Source: an uncultured delta proteobacterium
GTDB taxonomy: Bacteria > Myxococcota > Myxococcia > Myxococcales > Anaeromyxobacteraceae
Direction: 5' to 3'
Assembly: GCA_963766715.1 (NCBI GenBank)
Contig: CAVYBH010000011.1
Span: 64,001 to 128,000, forward strand
Length of the DNA stretch: 64,000 bases
The notes beneath the pieces were generated by a model that was not told where the DNA came from, did not search any database, and worked only from the letters and a program-made list of their open reading frames with translations. The position numbers were made by a program, and so were the translations under genes. Shown here one piece after another: positions 36,209-49,075 of this stretch (position 1 is its first letter; each line of letters begins with the position of its first letter).

Positions 36209-37115
36209 GTGACCGAGGCGGGCAAGCGGCTGCTCGACCCCGAGGTGCTGGCGAGGCTCGCCGGCCTGCGGCTGCGCGTGCGCGCCACCGCCGAGGGCGT
36301 CCTCTCCGGCCTGCACCGCAGCCCCCACCACGGCCAGTCGGTGGAGTTCAGCGAGCACAAGGAGTACGCCCCCGGGGACGAGCTGCGCCACGTCGACTGG
36401 AAGGCCTGGGGGAAGTTCGACAAGTACTACGTGAAGCGCTTCGAGCAGGAGACCAACCTGCGCGCCTGGCTGGTGGTCGACGCGTCCGGCTCGATGGGCT
36501 ACCGCGGCGCCGAGGGGCGGCTCACCAAGCTGGGCTACGCGAGCACGCTGGCGGGCACGCTGGCGCACCTCCTGGTCCGGCAGCAGGACGCGGTCGGCCT
36601 GGCGGTCTTCTCCGGGACGGTCACGAACGCGCTGTCGCCGCGCGCCGAGCCCTCGCAGGTGAACGCCATCCTGGAGACGCTCGACGGCGCTCCAGCCCGG
36701 GGGGGAGACCCGGCTCGAGTCGGCGATCGAGTTCCTCGCCGAGCGGGCCCGCCGCCGCTCCGCGGTCCTGGTCTTCTCCGACCTCCTCGACCGGGACGAG
36801 CGGATGCTCCGGATGGTCGCCGACCTGCGCCGCCGCAGGCACGAGGTGACGATCTTCCACCTCCTCGACCCGGCCGAGATCGACTTCCCCTTCGACGACC
36901 CGACCCTCTTCCTCTCCATGGAGGACTCGCGCTCCGTGGAGGCCCGCGGGCGCGACGTGCGCCGCGGCTACCTGGAGGTCCTGGGGAAGTGGATGGAGTC
37001 GGTGCGCCGGACCTGCGGGGAGAGCGACGTCGAGTACGTGCTCGTCCGCACCGACCAGCCGCTCGACGAGGTGCTCGTCCCCTTCCTCGCGCGGCGGGAG
37101 CGGAGCGCCGCTTGA
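36209..37115 (+). CDS. DUF58 / vWA-like protein; indel near 36690
   Basis: GLHRSPHHGQSVEFSEHKEYAPGDELRHVDWK, VKRFEQETNL, VDASGSM. Confidence 0.9.
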
Positions 37116-39246
37116 GCCTGTCGTTCCTCCACCCGGCGCTCCTCTGGGGGCTGGCCGCGGCGGCCATCCCGCTCGCCATCCACCTCTTCTACCGGCGGCG
37201 GCCGCGCGCGGTCCCCTTCCCGGCCATCGACTTCGTGATGCAGGCCCGCCGCGAGACCGAGCGGAGGCTCAAGCTGCGGCGGGTCCTGCTCTTCGTGTCC
37301 CGCACCGCGCTGCTCGCGGCCGCGGCGCTCGCCATCGCGCGCCCCCGCCTGTCCACGCCCGAGGCCCGGGCGGCCCAGGGTCCGGCAGGCCCGTCGGCGA
37401 CGGCCATCGTCCTCGACACGTCCGCCTCCATGGGCTACCGGGTGGGCGGGCGAACGCTCCTCGAGCGGGCCCGGGAGGACGCCCTAGGACGCGCTCGGGG
37501 CCCTCGGCCCGGACGAGCGCGCCACCGTGGTCGTGTGCGGAGGGGAGGGCGCGCCGCAGGCCGACCCGCCCACCTTCGATCGGGTCGAGCTGCGCCGGCG
37601 CATCGCCGAGGCGGAGCAGACCTGGCTGCATGCCGACCTCACCACCTGCGTGGGAGCGGCCCTGCGCGCCCTCGGGGATCCGGCCGCGGCCGGGGTGTCC
37701 CGCCGGCGGCTGCTGGTGGCGACCGACCTGACGGCCAGCGCCTGGCGGCTCGACGCCCCGGCGCCGGTGGTGCCCACGCCCGCGGGTCCGGTGCGCCCCG
37801 AGGTGACCCTGCTCGACGCCGCCCGCGGGGAGCGGATGCCGAACCGATGGGTCGCCTCGCTGGCCGCGGAGCCGGAGCCCGCGGCGGGCTCCCACGGCTA
37901 CCGGATCACCGCGACGGTGAGCGGCCAGGAGGCGGAGGCGGCCAGCGACGTTCCCCTGACGCTGCGCGTGGGCTCGGGGGATCGCGCCGCGCTGCGGTCG
38001 CTGCTCGACCTGCCGGCGTCCGGCAGCGTGAAGAAGGTGCTGGCCCACGACTTCGCCTCGGGCGGGCCGGCCGTCGTCACCGTGGCGCTGCCCGAGGACG
38101 CGCTGCCCGAGGACGACGCCCTCTCGCTCGCCCTCGACGTCCCCCGGGAGGTCAAGGCACTGGTGGTGAACGGCGCGCCCTCGGCCGTCCGCCACCGCGA
38201 CGCCGCCTACTTCCTCGAGGCGGCGCTCGCCGGCGCCTCCTCCCCGGTGCGTCCCACCGTGGTGGACCCCGAGGGCTTCGCGAAGGCGCGCCTCTCCGAC
38301 TACGACGTGGTCCTGCTCCTCGACGTGCGCTCCCCGGGCGCCAAGGGCGCCGAGCTGGCCAGCTTCGTGGAGGGCGGCGGAGGGCTCTTCGTCGCCATGG
38401 GCGACGACGTCGACCCGGACCGCTACGAGGCCGAGATGAAGGGGCTCCTGCCCGCGCCCCTGCACGTGGTGAAGACCGCGGCGGAGCGGGGCGCTCCCGG
38501 GGCGGCCGAGAAGGCGGCCCGGCTCGCCGAGATCGACTGGGACCACCCGGTCCTCCGGGTCTTCACGGGTCCAGGCGCGGGAAGGGCTCGAGTCGATGCG
38601 GACCTACCGGTACATGCTCCTCAAGCCGGACCGGAAGGACGGCGGGGTGCGCGTGATGGCCCGGTACGACGACGGGGCGCCGGCGCTCGTCGCGGCGCAG
38701 CGCGGACGCGGCCGGGTGGTGCTCTACGCCTCCACCCTGGACCCGGAGTGGTCCGACTGGACCATCCGGACCAGCTTCCTCCCGGCCATGCAGCGGATCG
38801 CCGCCTGGCTCGCCGGTGCGCTCGAGGCCACGCGCGAGCCTCCCGGCATCGTGGGCGCTCCGCGGCCCGTCGCCGCACCACCGGGCCTCCAGGTCGTGGC
38901 GCTCGTCGGGCCGGACGGCCGGGAGCGGCGCGGGCTGCCGGGGAAGGACGGGGTGCAGGTCGCCACGCCCGACCGGCCCGGGCTCTGGCAGGTCAAGGTC
39001 CGGGACCCGTCGACCGGGGGAGAGAAGCTCGACCCGGCGCTCGCCTTCGCGGTCTGGCCGGATCCGCGCGAGTCGGACACCCGGCGGCTCGAGCCCTCCG
39101 AGCTCACCGCCTGGTTCGGCGGCGAGGCCCACGCCCGCGTCTCCGCCGACGGGCGGGCGCCGGAGGATCGGCAGCTGCCGCTGTGGTCCTGGCTCCTGCT
39201 CCTCGCCATCGCGGCGTTCCTCGCCGAAGGCTTGCTCCTGGCCTGA
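37112..39246 (+). CDS. BatA-domain / vWA membrane protein with GATase-like segment; indels near 37485 and 38575
   Basis: SFLHPALLWGLAAAAIPLAIHLF N-terminus, LDTSASM MIDAS-like motif, FVEGGGGLFV, C-terminal ESD...LWSWLLLLAIAAFLAE. Confidence 0.82.
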
Positions 39247-39269
39247 CCCGCCGCCATATTGGCGCGGCC

Positions 39270-40365
39270 ATGCCCTCCCGACTCGATGCGGACTGCGCCG
39301 GCCTCTTCTGCGTCGGCTTCGAGGGGACGTCGCCGTCCCCGGAGGTCCTGGAGCTCGTCCGGCGGGGCGTCTACGGCGTCATCCTCTTCGCCCGGAACGT
39401 CGAGAGCGCCGAGCAGGTGGCCGAGCTCTCGGCCGCCCTGAAGCGGGCCGCGGGGCGCCCGCTCCTCGTCAGCGTCGACCAGGAGGGCGGGAGGGTGGCG
39501 CGGCTGCGGGCCCGCCACGGCTTCACCGAGCTGCCCCCGATGCGCGCGCTCGGCCAGGCTCGGGGACGAGGCCACCGCCTTCGAGGTGGGCGCGCTCCTG
39601 GGCCGGGAGCTGCGGGCGGTGGGGATCGACCAGGACTACGCGCCCGTGGTCGACGTCGACACGAACCCCACGAACCCGGTCATCGGCGACCGATCGCTGG
39701 GGCGCGACCCGGCGCTGGTCGGGCGGCTCGGCGCCGCCCTCGCCCGCGGCATCCAGTCGAGCGGGGTGGCCGCCTGCGCCAAGCATTTCCCCGGCCACGG
39801 GGACACGAGCCAGGACTCGCACACCGGCCTGCCGCGCCTGCCGCACCCGCTCGCGCGGCTCGAGGCGGTGGAGCTCCCGCCCTTCCGCGCGCTGGCCGCG
39901 GCGGGGGTCGCGTCCGTCATGACCGCCCACGTGGTGTTCGAGGCGCTCGACCCCGCGCACCCCGCCACCCTGTCCGCCCCGGTCATGCGGCTCCTGCGCA
40001 CCTGGTGCGGGTTCGACGGGGCGGCCCTCTCCGACGACCTGGAGATGGCGGCGGTCGCCGCCCACTACCCGCTCGAGGTGGCGGTCCCGGGCGCGCTGGG
40101 GGCGGGCGTCGACGGGATGCTCGTCTGCCACCGGCCCGACGTCCAGCATCGCGCCATCGACCTGGCCCGCCAGGCGGTCGAGCGCGGCGCGGTGTCGCCC
40201 GGGCGACTCGCCGAGGCCCGCGCCCGGATCGGGCGGCTCCTCGGGTGGGCGGCCCCGCCACCCGATCGGGCGCTGGTCCGGCCCGGGCTCCGCCTGCCGG
40301 AGGCGCTCGCGCTGGCGGCCCGGCTCCCGTCCCTCGAGGCGGGGCGGGACCCCACGGCGGCCTGA
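39270..40365 (+). CDS. nagZ: Beta-N-acetylhexosaminidase (GH3); indel near 39560
   Basis: GVILFARN, VDQEGGRVARL, NPVIGDRS, KHFPGHGDTSQDSH, SDDLEM. Confidence 0.92.
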
Positions 40366-40449
40366 AATCCGGCGCGCGGTCGTCCCCCGTTCCTCTTCGC
40401 GCAACCCTGTGTTAGACCACAGGATTCGTCCATTCGACCGGAGGTTCCG

Positions 40450-41667
40450 ATGCGCGCAGTCCGTGCCGTGGCACTCCTCGCAGCGTCCCTCGCCGTGGTC
40501 TCCTGCCAGAGCAAGAAGCCGGAAGGCGAGGCCCCCGCGAAGCCCGCGGCGGCGCCCGCTCCCGCCGGGGACCGGATCCTGGTGGGTCACGTCGGCTCGA
40601 TGACCGGCTCGGAGGCCACCTTCGGCCAGTCCACCGACAACGGCATCAAGCTCGCCATCGAGCAGTGGAACGCCAAGGGCGGGGTGAAGGGAAAGACCCT
40701 CTCCCTGCGGACCTACGACAGCCAGGGCAAGCCGGAGGAGGCCGCCGTCGCCGCCACGCGACTCATCGTGAACGACAAGGTCAACCTGCTCCTCGGCGAG
40801 GTGGCGTCCTCCCGCTCGCTCGCCATGGCGCCGGTGGCCGACGCGAACGGCACGCCGATGATCACGCCGTCCTCGACCAACCCGAGGGTCACGAAGGACA
40901 AGGACAAGGTGCGGCCCTACGTCTTCCGCGTCTGCTTCATCGATCCCTTCCAGGGGACGGTGATGGCCAAGTTCGCGCGGGACCGGCTCAAGATCGACCG
41001 CGTCGCCATCCTCCGCGACGTGGGCAACGACTACTCGATGGGGCTCGCCGACTACTTCCTCGCCAAGTTCAAGGAGCTCGGCGGCACGGTGGTCGACGAC
41101 CAGAGCTACAAGGCCGGCGACCAGGACTTCAAGGCCCAGCTCACGGCCATCAAGAACAAGAACCCCCAGGCCATCTACGTGCCCGGCTACTACACCGACG
41201 TGGCGCTCATCGCCCGCCAGGCCCGCGAGCTGGGCATGAAGCAGCCGCTCCTCGGCGGCGACGGCTGGGACTCCTCGAAGCTCTACGAGATCGGCGGCAA
41301 GGCCATCGAGGGCTCCTTCTACTCGAACCACTACTCGCCCGACGACCCGAGCCCGCGCATCCAGGAGTTCGTGAAGGCCTACCAGGCCCGCTTCGGCGCG
41401 GTGCCGGACGGCCTGGCCGCGCAGGGCTACGACGCGGCCATGGTGGGGTTCGACGCGATGAACCGGGCGGCGGACGGGTCGGGCGCCGCGGTGCGGGACG
41501 CCATCGCGGCCACCAAGGACTATCCGGGCGTCACCGGGATCATCACCATCGACGCGAACCACGACGCGGTGAAGCCGGCGGTGGTGCTCGAGGTGAAGGA
41601 CGGGAAGTCGGTCTTCGTCACCATCGGTCGCCCCCTGACGACGCTCGTCACCGGGCCCCGCGATTGA
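40450..41667 (+). CDS. livK: Branched-chain amino acid ABC transporter substrate-binding lipoprotein (C-terminus possibly shifted by an indel)
   Basis: Lipobox VVSC, SMTGSEATFG, GEVASSRS, YVFRVCFIDPFQG, GGDGWDS. Confidence 0.9.
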   Translation: MRAVRAVALLAASLAVVSCQSKKPEGEAPAKPAAAPAPAGDRILVGHVGSMTGSEATFGQSTDNGIKLAIEQWNAKGGVKGKTLSLRTYDSQGKPEEAAVAATRLIVNDKVNLLLGEVASSRSLAMAPVADANGTPMITPSSTNPRVTKDKDKVRPYVFRVCFIDPFQGTVMAKFARDRLKIDRVAILRDVGNDYSMGLADYFLAKFKELGGTVVDDQSYKAGDQDFKAQLTAIKNKNPQAIYVPGYYTDVALIARQARELGMKQPLLGGDGWDSSKLYEIGGKAIEGSFYSNHYSPDDPSPRIQEFVKAYQARFGAVPDGLAAQGYDAAMVGFDAMNRAADGSGAAVRDAIAATKDYPGVTGIITIDANHDAVKPAVVLEVKDGKSVFVTIGRPLTTLVTGPRD

Positions 41668-42675
41668 CCGAGTTCCTCCAGCACGTCGTCAACGGGGTCT
41701 CCCTCGGGACCATCTACGCCCTCATCGCGCTGGGCTACACGATGGTCTACGGGGTGCTGAAGCTCATCAACTTCGCCCACGGTGACGTGTACATGGCGGC
41801 GGCCTTCGCCGGCTTCTACATCGCCACCGCCCTCGACGTCCGCACCCATCCCACGCTCGGCAAGGCGGTGGCCGTCTTCCTGGGGTCGATGGCCTTCGCC
41901 GCGGCGCTCGGGTGGGCCATCGAGCGCTTCGCCTACCGGCCGCTCCGCAACCGGCCCCGCCTCGCGACGCTCATCACCGCCATCGGCGTCTCGTTCCTCC
42001 TGGAGTTCGGGTTCCAGCTCCCCAGCCTGCAGGCCCAGGGGACGGACCTTCGAGGAGCTCCTGCGCGGCTGGGGGTGGACCGTTCCGGGCTGGCTCGACG
42101 CGCTCGTCGCCCACCTGCCGGCGACCTTCCCGCCCGGACCCACGCCGCGCTTCTTCCCCGAGCCCTTCGTCCGGGTGGACTGGACGATCCTGGGCGGGGT
42201 CCACGTCTCGAACTACGACGTGGTCTCCTTCCTGGTGGCGGTGGCCTTCATGCTCGGGCTGCAGTGGATCGTCTACCGGACCCGGTTCGGCATGGCGATG
42301 CGCGCGGTCTCCTTCGATCCCAAGGTCGCGGGGCTCATGGGCATCCCGGTGAACCGGGTCATCTCGGTGACCTTCGTGCTCGGCAGCGTGCTGGCGGCCG
42401 TGGCCGCCCTGCTCGTGGCCGGCTCCCGGCCGCGCATCGACCCGATCATGGGGCTCATGCCCGGCCTGAAGGCCTTCGTGGCGGCCGTCTTCGGCGGGAT
42501 CGGCAACGTGCCTGGCGCCATGCTGGGCGGCATCCTGCTCGGGCTCGCCGAGGAGATGGTGGCCGGGTACAGCGTCTCCTCCTTCCGCGACGGCATCGCC
42601 TTCGCCATCCTGATCCTGGTCCTGCTCGTCCGCCCCGAGGGGCTGCTCGGGCGGATCACCGTGGAGAAGGTGTGA
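41664..42675 (+). CDS. livH: Branched-chain amino acid ABC permease; indel near 42040
   Basis: NGVSLGTIYALIALGYTMVYGVLKLINFAHGD, GLKAFVAAVFGGIG, RPEGLLG. Confidence 0.9.
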
Positions 42676-43661
42676 TGGGGCGCGCCCGGCTCGTCCTGCG
42701 CTCGCTGGCGCCCTTCCTGGTGGCGCTGCCGCTCCTCTGGCTCCTGCAGGGACGGATGCCGGACGACTACTCCATCCTGTTCATCTCCGTCGCGGTGAAC
42801 GTGATCCTGGCGGTGTCGCTCAACGTGGTGAACGGCTTCACCGGCCAGTTCTCCATCGGTCACGCCGCCTTCATGGCGGTGGGCGCCTACACCGCCGCGC
42901 TCGTCACCACCGGCATGGAGACCTTCCAGATCGCCGGGCTTCCGCTGGTCGCCTCCGACGCGGTGGTCTTCTTCGTGGCCATCCTGGCCGCGATGGCGAT
43001 GTCGTCGGTCGCCGGGCTGGTCGTGGGCATCCCCTCGCTGCGCCTCCGGGGCGACTACCTGGCCATCGTGACGCTCGGCTTCGGCGAGATCATCCGCGTG
43101 GTCATCGAGAACACCCGGGTGCTGGGGCAGGCCACCGGCATCTCCGGGCTCCCGCGCTACACCAACGTCCTCTGGGCGGGCATGGCGGTGGTGGCCACCG
43201 TGGTCATGGCGCGGCGGCTGCTCCTCTCCACGCAGGGCCGGGCGCTGCTCGCCATCCGCGAGGACGAGGTGGCGGCCGAGGCCATGGGCGTCGACACGGT
43301 GGGCTGGAAGGTGCGGGCCTTCGTGATCTCCGCGGCCTTCGCCGGCCTGGCCGGCGTGCTCCTCGTCCACCGGATCCAGCTCGTCACCCCGCGCATGTTC
43401 ACCTTCGTGAAGTCGATGGAGGTGGTGGTGATGGTGGTCCTCGGCGGGATGGGCTCCATCACCGGCTCCATCATCGCGGCGACCGTGCTCACCGTGGCGC
43501 TCGAGTGGCTGCGCGGCCTCGATCAGTACCGGATGGTGATCTACTCGATGCTCCTCATCGTCCTCATGCTGACGCGCCCCTCCGGGCTCTTCGGCACGAA
43601 GGAGATCTGGGACGCCGCACCGCGCTGGATGCGGCGTCGCGCCGGCGGGGGCACGCCGTGA
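42675..43661 (+). CDS. livM: Branched-chain amino acid ABC permease
   Basis: GFTGQFSIGHAAFMAVGAY, LRLRGDYLAIVTLGFGEI, AIREDEVAAEAMG, VVLGGMGS. Confidence 0.92.
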   Translation: MGRARLVLRSLAPFLVALPLLWLLQGRMPDDYSILFISVAVNVILAVSLNVVNGFTGQFSIGHAAFMAVGAYTAALVTTGMETFQIAGLPLVASDAVVFFVAILAAMAMSSVAGLVVGIPSLRLRGDYLAIVTLGFGEIIRVVIENTRVLGQATGISGLPRYTNVLWAGMAVVATVVMARRLLLSTQGRALLAIREDEVAAEAMGVDTVGWKVRAFVISAAFAGLAGVLLVHRIQLVTPRMFTFVKSMEVVVMVVLGGMGSITGSIIAATVLTVALEWLRGLDQYRMVIYSMLLIVLMLTRPSGLFGTKEIWDAAPRWMRRRAGGGTP

Positions 43662-44480
43662 GCGAGGCGGGCGCGCCGGTCCTGGAGGCCCGCGGGGTGG
43701 TCATGCGGTTCGGGGGGCTCACCGCCCTCTCCGGATTCGACCTGGTGCTGCGGACCGGGGAGCTGGTCGGGCTCATCGGCCCGAACGGCGCCGGGAAGAC
43801 CACCGCCTTCAACGCGCTCACCGGCGTCTACGCGCCCAGCCAGGGAGAGGTCCAGGTCGCCGGGACGCGGGTGAACGGCATGCGTCCCCACCAGATTCTG
43901 CGACCTGGGGGTGGCCCGCACCTTCCAGAACGTGCGCCTCTTCCGGGAGCTCTCTGCCTTCGACAACGTGCGCATCGCCTGCCACGCCGGGTCGCGGAGC
44001 GGGTTCACCTCGGCCTGGCTGCTCACGCCCCGCCACGACGAGGAGGAGGAGCGGATCCGCCACCGCGCCGACGAGTTCCTGGCGGTGATGGATCTCTCGC
44101 ACCGCAAGGACGAGCTGGCGCGCAACCTGCCCTACGGCGAGCAGCGGCGTCTCGAGATCGCCCGCGCGCTCGCCACCGGCCCGAAGGTCCTCTGCCTCGA
44201 CGAGCCCGGCGCCGGGATGAACGCCTCGGAGAAGGTGGCCCTCATGGCCCTCATCCGGCGCATCCGCGACCAGTTCTAGCTCGCCATCCTGGTCATCGAG
44301 CACGACATGCGGCTCGTCATGGGGGTCTCCGAGCGGGTCATGGTGCTCGACCACGGCGTGACCATCGCCCACGGGCGTCCCGAGGAGGTGAGGCGGGATC
44401 CCAAGGTGATCGAGGCCTACCTGGGCGACGGCAAGCTGAAGCTCCGCCCGCCGCGGCGGGCCGGGGGAGGGGAGGCGTGA
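43658..44480 (+). CDS. livG: Branched-chain amino acid ABC ATP-binding protein; indel near 43900 and in-frame TAG at 44277-44279
   Basis: FGGLTAL, GPNGAGKTT, ARTFQNVRLF, LPYGEQRRLEIARAL, LDEP; frame continues past TAG as LAILVIEHDM...VIEAYLG. Confidence 0.9.
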
Positions 44481-45193
44481 GCGAGCCGCTCCTCTCGCTG
44501 CGCGACCTCGTCGTGCACTACGGCGTGATCCGGGCCCTCTCCGGGATCTCGCTCGAGGTGCCGAAGGGGCAGATCGTCGCGCTCATCGGCGCGAACGGCG
44601 CCGGGAAGAGCACGACGCTCCGGGCCATCTCGGGGCTCGTGCGCCCCACGTCGGGCTCGGTCGACTTCCAGGGCGCCTCGCTCGCGGGGCTGCCGTCCCA
44701 CGAGATCGTGGCGCGGGGAGTGGCCCAGGCGCCGGAGGGGCGCGGGATCTTCCTCAACCTCAGCGTGAAGGAGAACCTCGAGCTGGGCGCGTACCTGCGC
44801 CGGGACCGCGCCGCCATCGCGGCCGACCGCGAGCGGGCCTACTCGCTCTTCCCCATCCTGAAGGAGCGGCGCGACCAGGTGTCCGGCACGCTCTCGGGGG
44901 GCGAGCAGCAGATGCTGGCGGTGGCCCGGGCGCTCATGAGCCGCCCCACCCTGCTCCTGCTCGACGAGCCGTCGCTCGGGCTCGCGCCGCAGGTGGTCGA
45001 CCGGATCTTCCAGGTGATCCAGGAGATCAACGAGGCCGGGGTGTCGCTCCTCCTGGTCGAGCAGAACGCCAACATGGCGCTGCAGGTCGCCCACCACGCC
45101 TACGTGCTCGAGACCGGATCGATCGTCATGCAGGGAAGCGGGCGGGAGCTGCTGGAGAGCCCGGAGGTCCGCAAGGCCTACCTGGGGGAGTGA
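44477..45193 (+). CDS. livF: Branched-chain amino acid ABC ATP-binding protein
   Basis: GANGAGKST, PEGRGIF, LSGGEQQMLA, LDEPSLGLAP, VEQNA, VRKAYLG. Confidence 0.93.
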   Translation: MSEPLLSLRDLVVHYGVIRALSGISLEVPKGQIVALIGANGAGKSTTLRAISGLVRPTSGSVDFQGASLAGLPSHEIVARGVAQAPEGRGIFLNLSVKENLELGAYLRRDRAAIAADRERAYSLFPILKERRDQVSGTLSGGEQQMLAVARALMSRPTLLLLDEPSLGLAPQVVDRIFQVIQEINEAGVSLLLVEQNANMALQVAHHAYVLETGSIVMQGSGRELLESPEVRKAYLGE

Positions 45194-45196
45194 CGG

Positions 45197-45850
45197 TCAC
45201 CCGCGCGTCGTCTGGCGGGCGCGGAGGGCGACCACGCGATCCTTCAGGAACTCGAGCCGGAGCTCGCGCTCGACCACGAAGTCGGTCGGCGTGACGCCGG
45301 CGGCCACCAGGATGTCGCGCTGGGCCGGGGTGAGCTCGAGGGTCCTCGAGGCCGCGTAGGTCCAGGCATCTCCGGTCGAGCCGCCGCCGTCCCGTCCCAG
45401 CAGCGCGATCACCTCGGCCTTCGTCATCCCCAGGCGAAGCCCGCCGCCGGTGGCCTCCGGCAGCGACTTCACCGGCCTGCAGGTGGGGCGCCCGGCCTCG
45501 GGGATGGAACGGCCCGGGACGTACTCGAGGTGCGCCGCCGCCGCCGCGAGCTCGAAGCGCCGGAGGACCACGAGCCCCTCTCCCGACCCGAAGCCCAGGC
45601 CGAGCCGCGCACCGGACGGTCCGGCCCAGCAGAGGTAGGGGGCCTTCGTGCCCGGGAGCCAGTCCTTGCGATCCACCTGGCCCAGGCGGCGCGTCGCCAT
45701 CTCGAGCGTGGCCTCCTCGAGGCGGAGGCCGGCAATCGACATGTGGCGCTCGAGCAGCTCGAAGAGCGCCTCCTCGTCGATCGGCTGCGCCCGGGCCACC
45801 GGTGCGAGGCACGCGGCCAGGGCGGCGGCGGCGGCGAGGCGGCGGATCAC
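45197..45850 (-). CDS. Hypothetical exported protein (the frame is also open upstream to GTG 45970)
   Basis: GAGAGGAAGG RBS, signal peptide MIRRLAAAAALAACLAPVARA, GLRLGMTKAEVIALLG motif. Confidence 0.6.
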   Translation of the reverse strand: MIRRLAAAAALAACLAPVARAQPIDEEALFELLERHMSIAGLRLEEATLEMATRRLGQVDRKDWLPGTKAPYLCWAGPSGARLGLGFGSGEGLVVLRRFELAAAAAHLEYVPGRSIPEAGRPTCRPVKSLPEATGGGLRLGMTKAEVIALLGRDGGGSTGDAWTYAASRTLELTPAQRDILVAAGVTPTDFVVERELRLEFLKDRVVALRARQTTRG

Positions 45851-46017
45851 GCGGCCCTTCCTCTCGCGCCGCTCGTGACGCCCGGAGAGGCCGTACACCT
45901 GCGCCGCGATCGCCCCGGCGGCGAGGAGACCGAAGAACCCGAGGAAGAGCGCGACGACGAGGCGGCCCACGTCCCGGATCTTTACCCGGGAGGCCGCCGA
46001 TTCGCCTCCGGCCCCCG

Positions 46018-47254
46018 TCACCCGTTCGAGGCGCGGATCTCCGCCAGGCGCCGCCGCCTCGCCGGGCCGACCGCGAGCTGGCCGGCCGCGACGGCCAGGC
46101 CGGCGACCAGGCAGGTTCCCCAGACCCCCGTCGGACCGAAGCGGCCGAGCCCCCAGGCGCCCAGCGCCGGCGCGGCGAACGCCGCCACGGCCCAGGAGAG
46201 CGAGTAGGCGCCCTGGTAGCGGCCGCGCAGCGCGGCCGGCGACAGCTCCGACGGGATGGTGGACACGACCGGCAGGTAGGCGATCTCGCCCACCGTCCAG
46301 ACCAGGATCCCAATCGCGTACCAGCCCACCGAGTGGTGCAGGGCGTTCATCCCGAAGCCGAGCCCGATGAGGGCCGCCCCGGCCGCCATGGCGTGGGCGG
46401 GGTCGCGGGAGCCGATCCAGCGCGCCGCCAGCGGCTGCAGGAAGACGATGATCCCGCCGTTCAACGCCATGAGGAGCCCGAACCCCGCCGGGGAGACGCC
46501 GTGCTGGGCCATGTCCACCGGCAGCGTGAGCTGGAACTGGAAGAAGATGGTGGCGACGGCGAGGTGGAGCAGGAGGAAGGGCAGGAAGACCCGGTCGCGC
46601 AGCGGCACGACGAGCCCGGCCACGACCTGCCGGACCGTCTCCGGATGGGACGGGCGGGCGGGTCTCCGCGACGAAGCGCCAGACCACCCAGGCGAAGACC
46701 AGGCTGGTGAGCCCGTCGCCGACGAAGAGCAGGGTGTAGCTCAGCGACGCGATGAACCCCGCCAGCACGAGCCCGATGGCGACGCCCAGGTTCACCGCCC
46801 AGTAGAGGAGCCCGAAGGCGCGCACCCGGTCCTCCGGGGGGACCACGTCGCCGATCACCGCGTGGGAGGCGGGCCGGTAGACCTCCCCCACGAACCCCAC
46901 CGCGAAGACCAGCGGCGCCAGCGCCGCGGGCGACCGCACGAGCCCGAGCGCGATGGTGAAGGCGGCGCCCCCGACGAGGGAGCCGAGCAGCGCGGCCCTG
47001 CGTCCGATGCGGTCGGCGACCACGCCCGCGACCGGCCCCGCCCCGATGGCGCCCAGGCCCCAGAGCGAGACCAGCCCGCCCGCCTCCGCGACCGACAGGC
47101 CCCGCTCGCCGGTGAGGTAGAGGGACAGGAAGGGCACCACGAAGCTGCCGATCCGGTTCACGAGCAGCCCCACCCAGAGCGCCCAGTAGGCGCGCGGAAG
47201 GCCGCCGAGGAGCTGGCGGCGCGTGTCGCGCAGGGACTGGAGGGAGAAGGACAC
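46018..47254 (-). CDS. MFS transporter; indel near 46630
   Basis: GLLVNRIGSFVVPFLSLYL, motif A GVVADRIGRR, RVRAFGLLYWAVNLG, LRGRYQG. Confidence 0.9.
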
Positions 47255-47283
47255 GGCGGCACATTCTACTTCCGAAACGACGA

Positions 47284-47305
47284 CGGCCGCCCCGAGGGGC
47301 GGCCG
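47284..47305 (-). terminator. Probable intrinsic terminator downstream of glnA
   Basis: 9-bp GC stem CGGCCGCCC/GGGCGGCCG with a 4-nt loop, followed on the minus strand by TCGTCGTTT; ~25 nt after the glnA stop. Confidence 0.6.
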
Positions 47306-47331
47306 CCTGGGACTCGCGATGCGACGATTGC

Positions 47332-48756
<1,425 letters not shown>

Positions 48757-48803
48757 TGCGGAGTGGTCTCCTGATGGGGCGGAGGGTGGACGAGGCCCGG
48801 AGT

Positions 48804-48819
48804 AGCACGGCGTGTGCCA
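48804..48819 (-). promoter_or_regulatory. Sigma-54 (-24/-12) promoter of glnA
   Basis: Minus strand TGGCACACGCCGTGCT with exact GG-N10-GC spacing, ~50 nt upstream of the glnA start. Confidence 0.8.
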
Positions 48820-48869
48820 CCCGGATCTACTCCAATCGACCCGAGGATCGGAGGTGGCTTTCGTGGGGC

Positions 48870-48886
48870 TGCCCGATAAACAGGCA
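48870..48886. promoter_or_regulatory. Putative NtrC-type enhancer site
   Basis: TGCCCGATAAACAGGCA, a 17-bp TGC-N11-GCA dyad upstream of the sigma-54 promoter; similar to the site at 58384. Confidence 0.6.
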
Positions 48887-49030
48887 ATGACTGCACGGGA
48901 ACCGGGCTCCCCGGCGGGCCGCGGCGCCCGAATGCCCCCATCGGGGGGTCCGTGCTTCCCGGGACGCCCGGCGCCGTGCCGAGCGTGAGTCGCGGCAGTA
49001 GGTAGGCACGCCCGCGCCCGAGCAATCGGG

Positions 49031-49057
49031 TGTCTCATTCTGCAAACCCGGCGTGTC
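49031..49057 (+). promoter_or_regulatory. Putative ECF-sigma autoregulatory promoter, copy 1
   Basis: TGTCTCAT-N13-CGTGTC, 18 nt upstream of the sigma start; same motif and spacing at 53659 and 55326. Confidence 0.72.
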
Positions 49058-49075
49058 ACGAGGACAGGAGGCGTT

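Noticed and set aside
44277..44279. Genome-wide TAG reassignment (alternative genetic code)
   Set aside because: TAG terminates glnA, glnB, thiL, the MCP and the caspase gene at the expected C-termini
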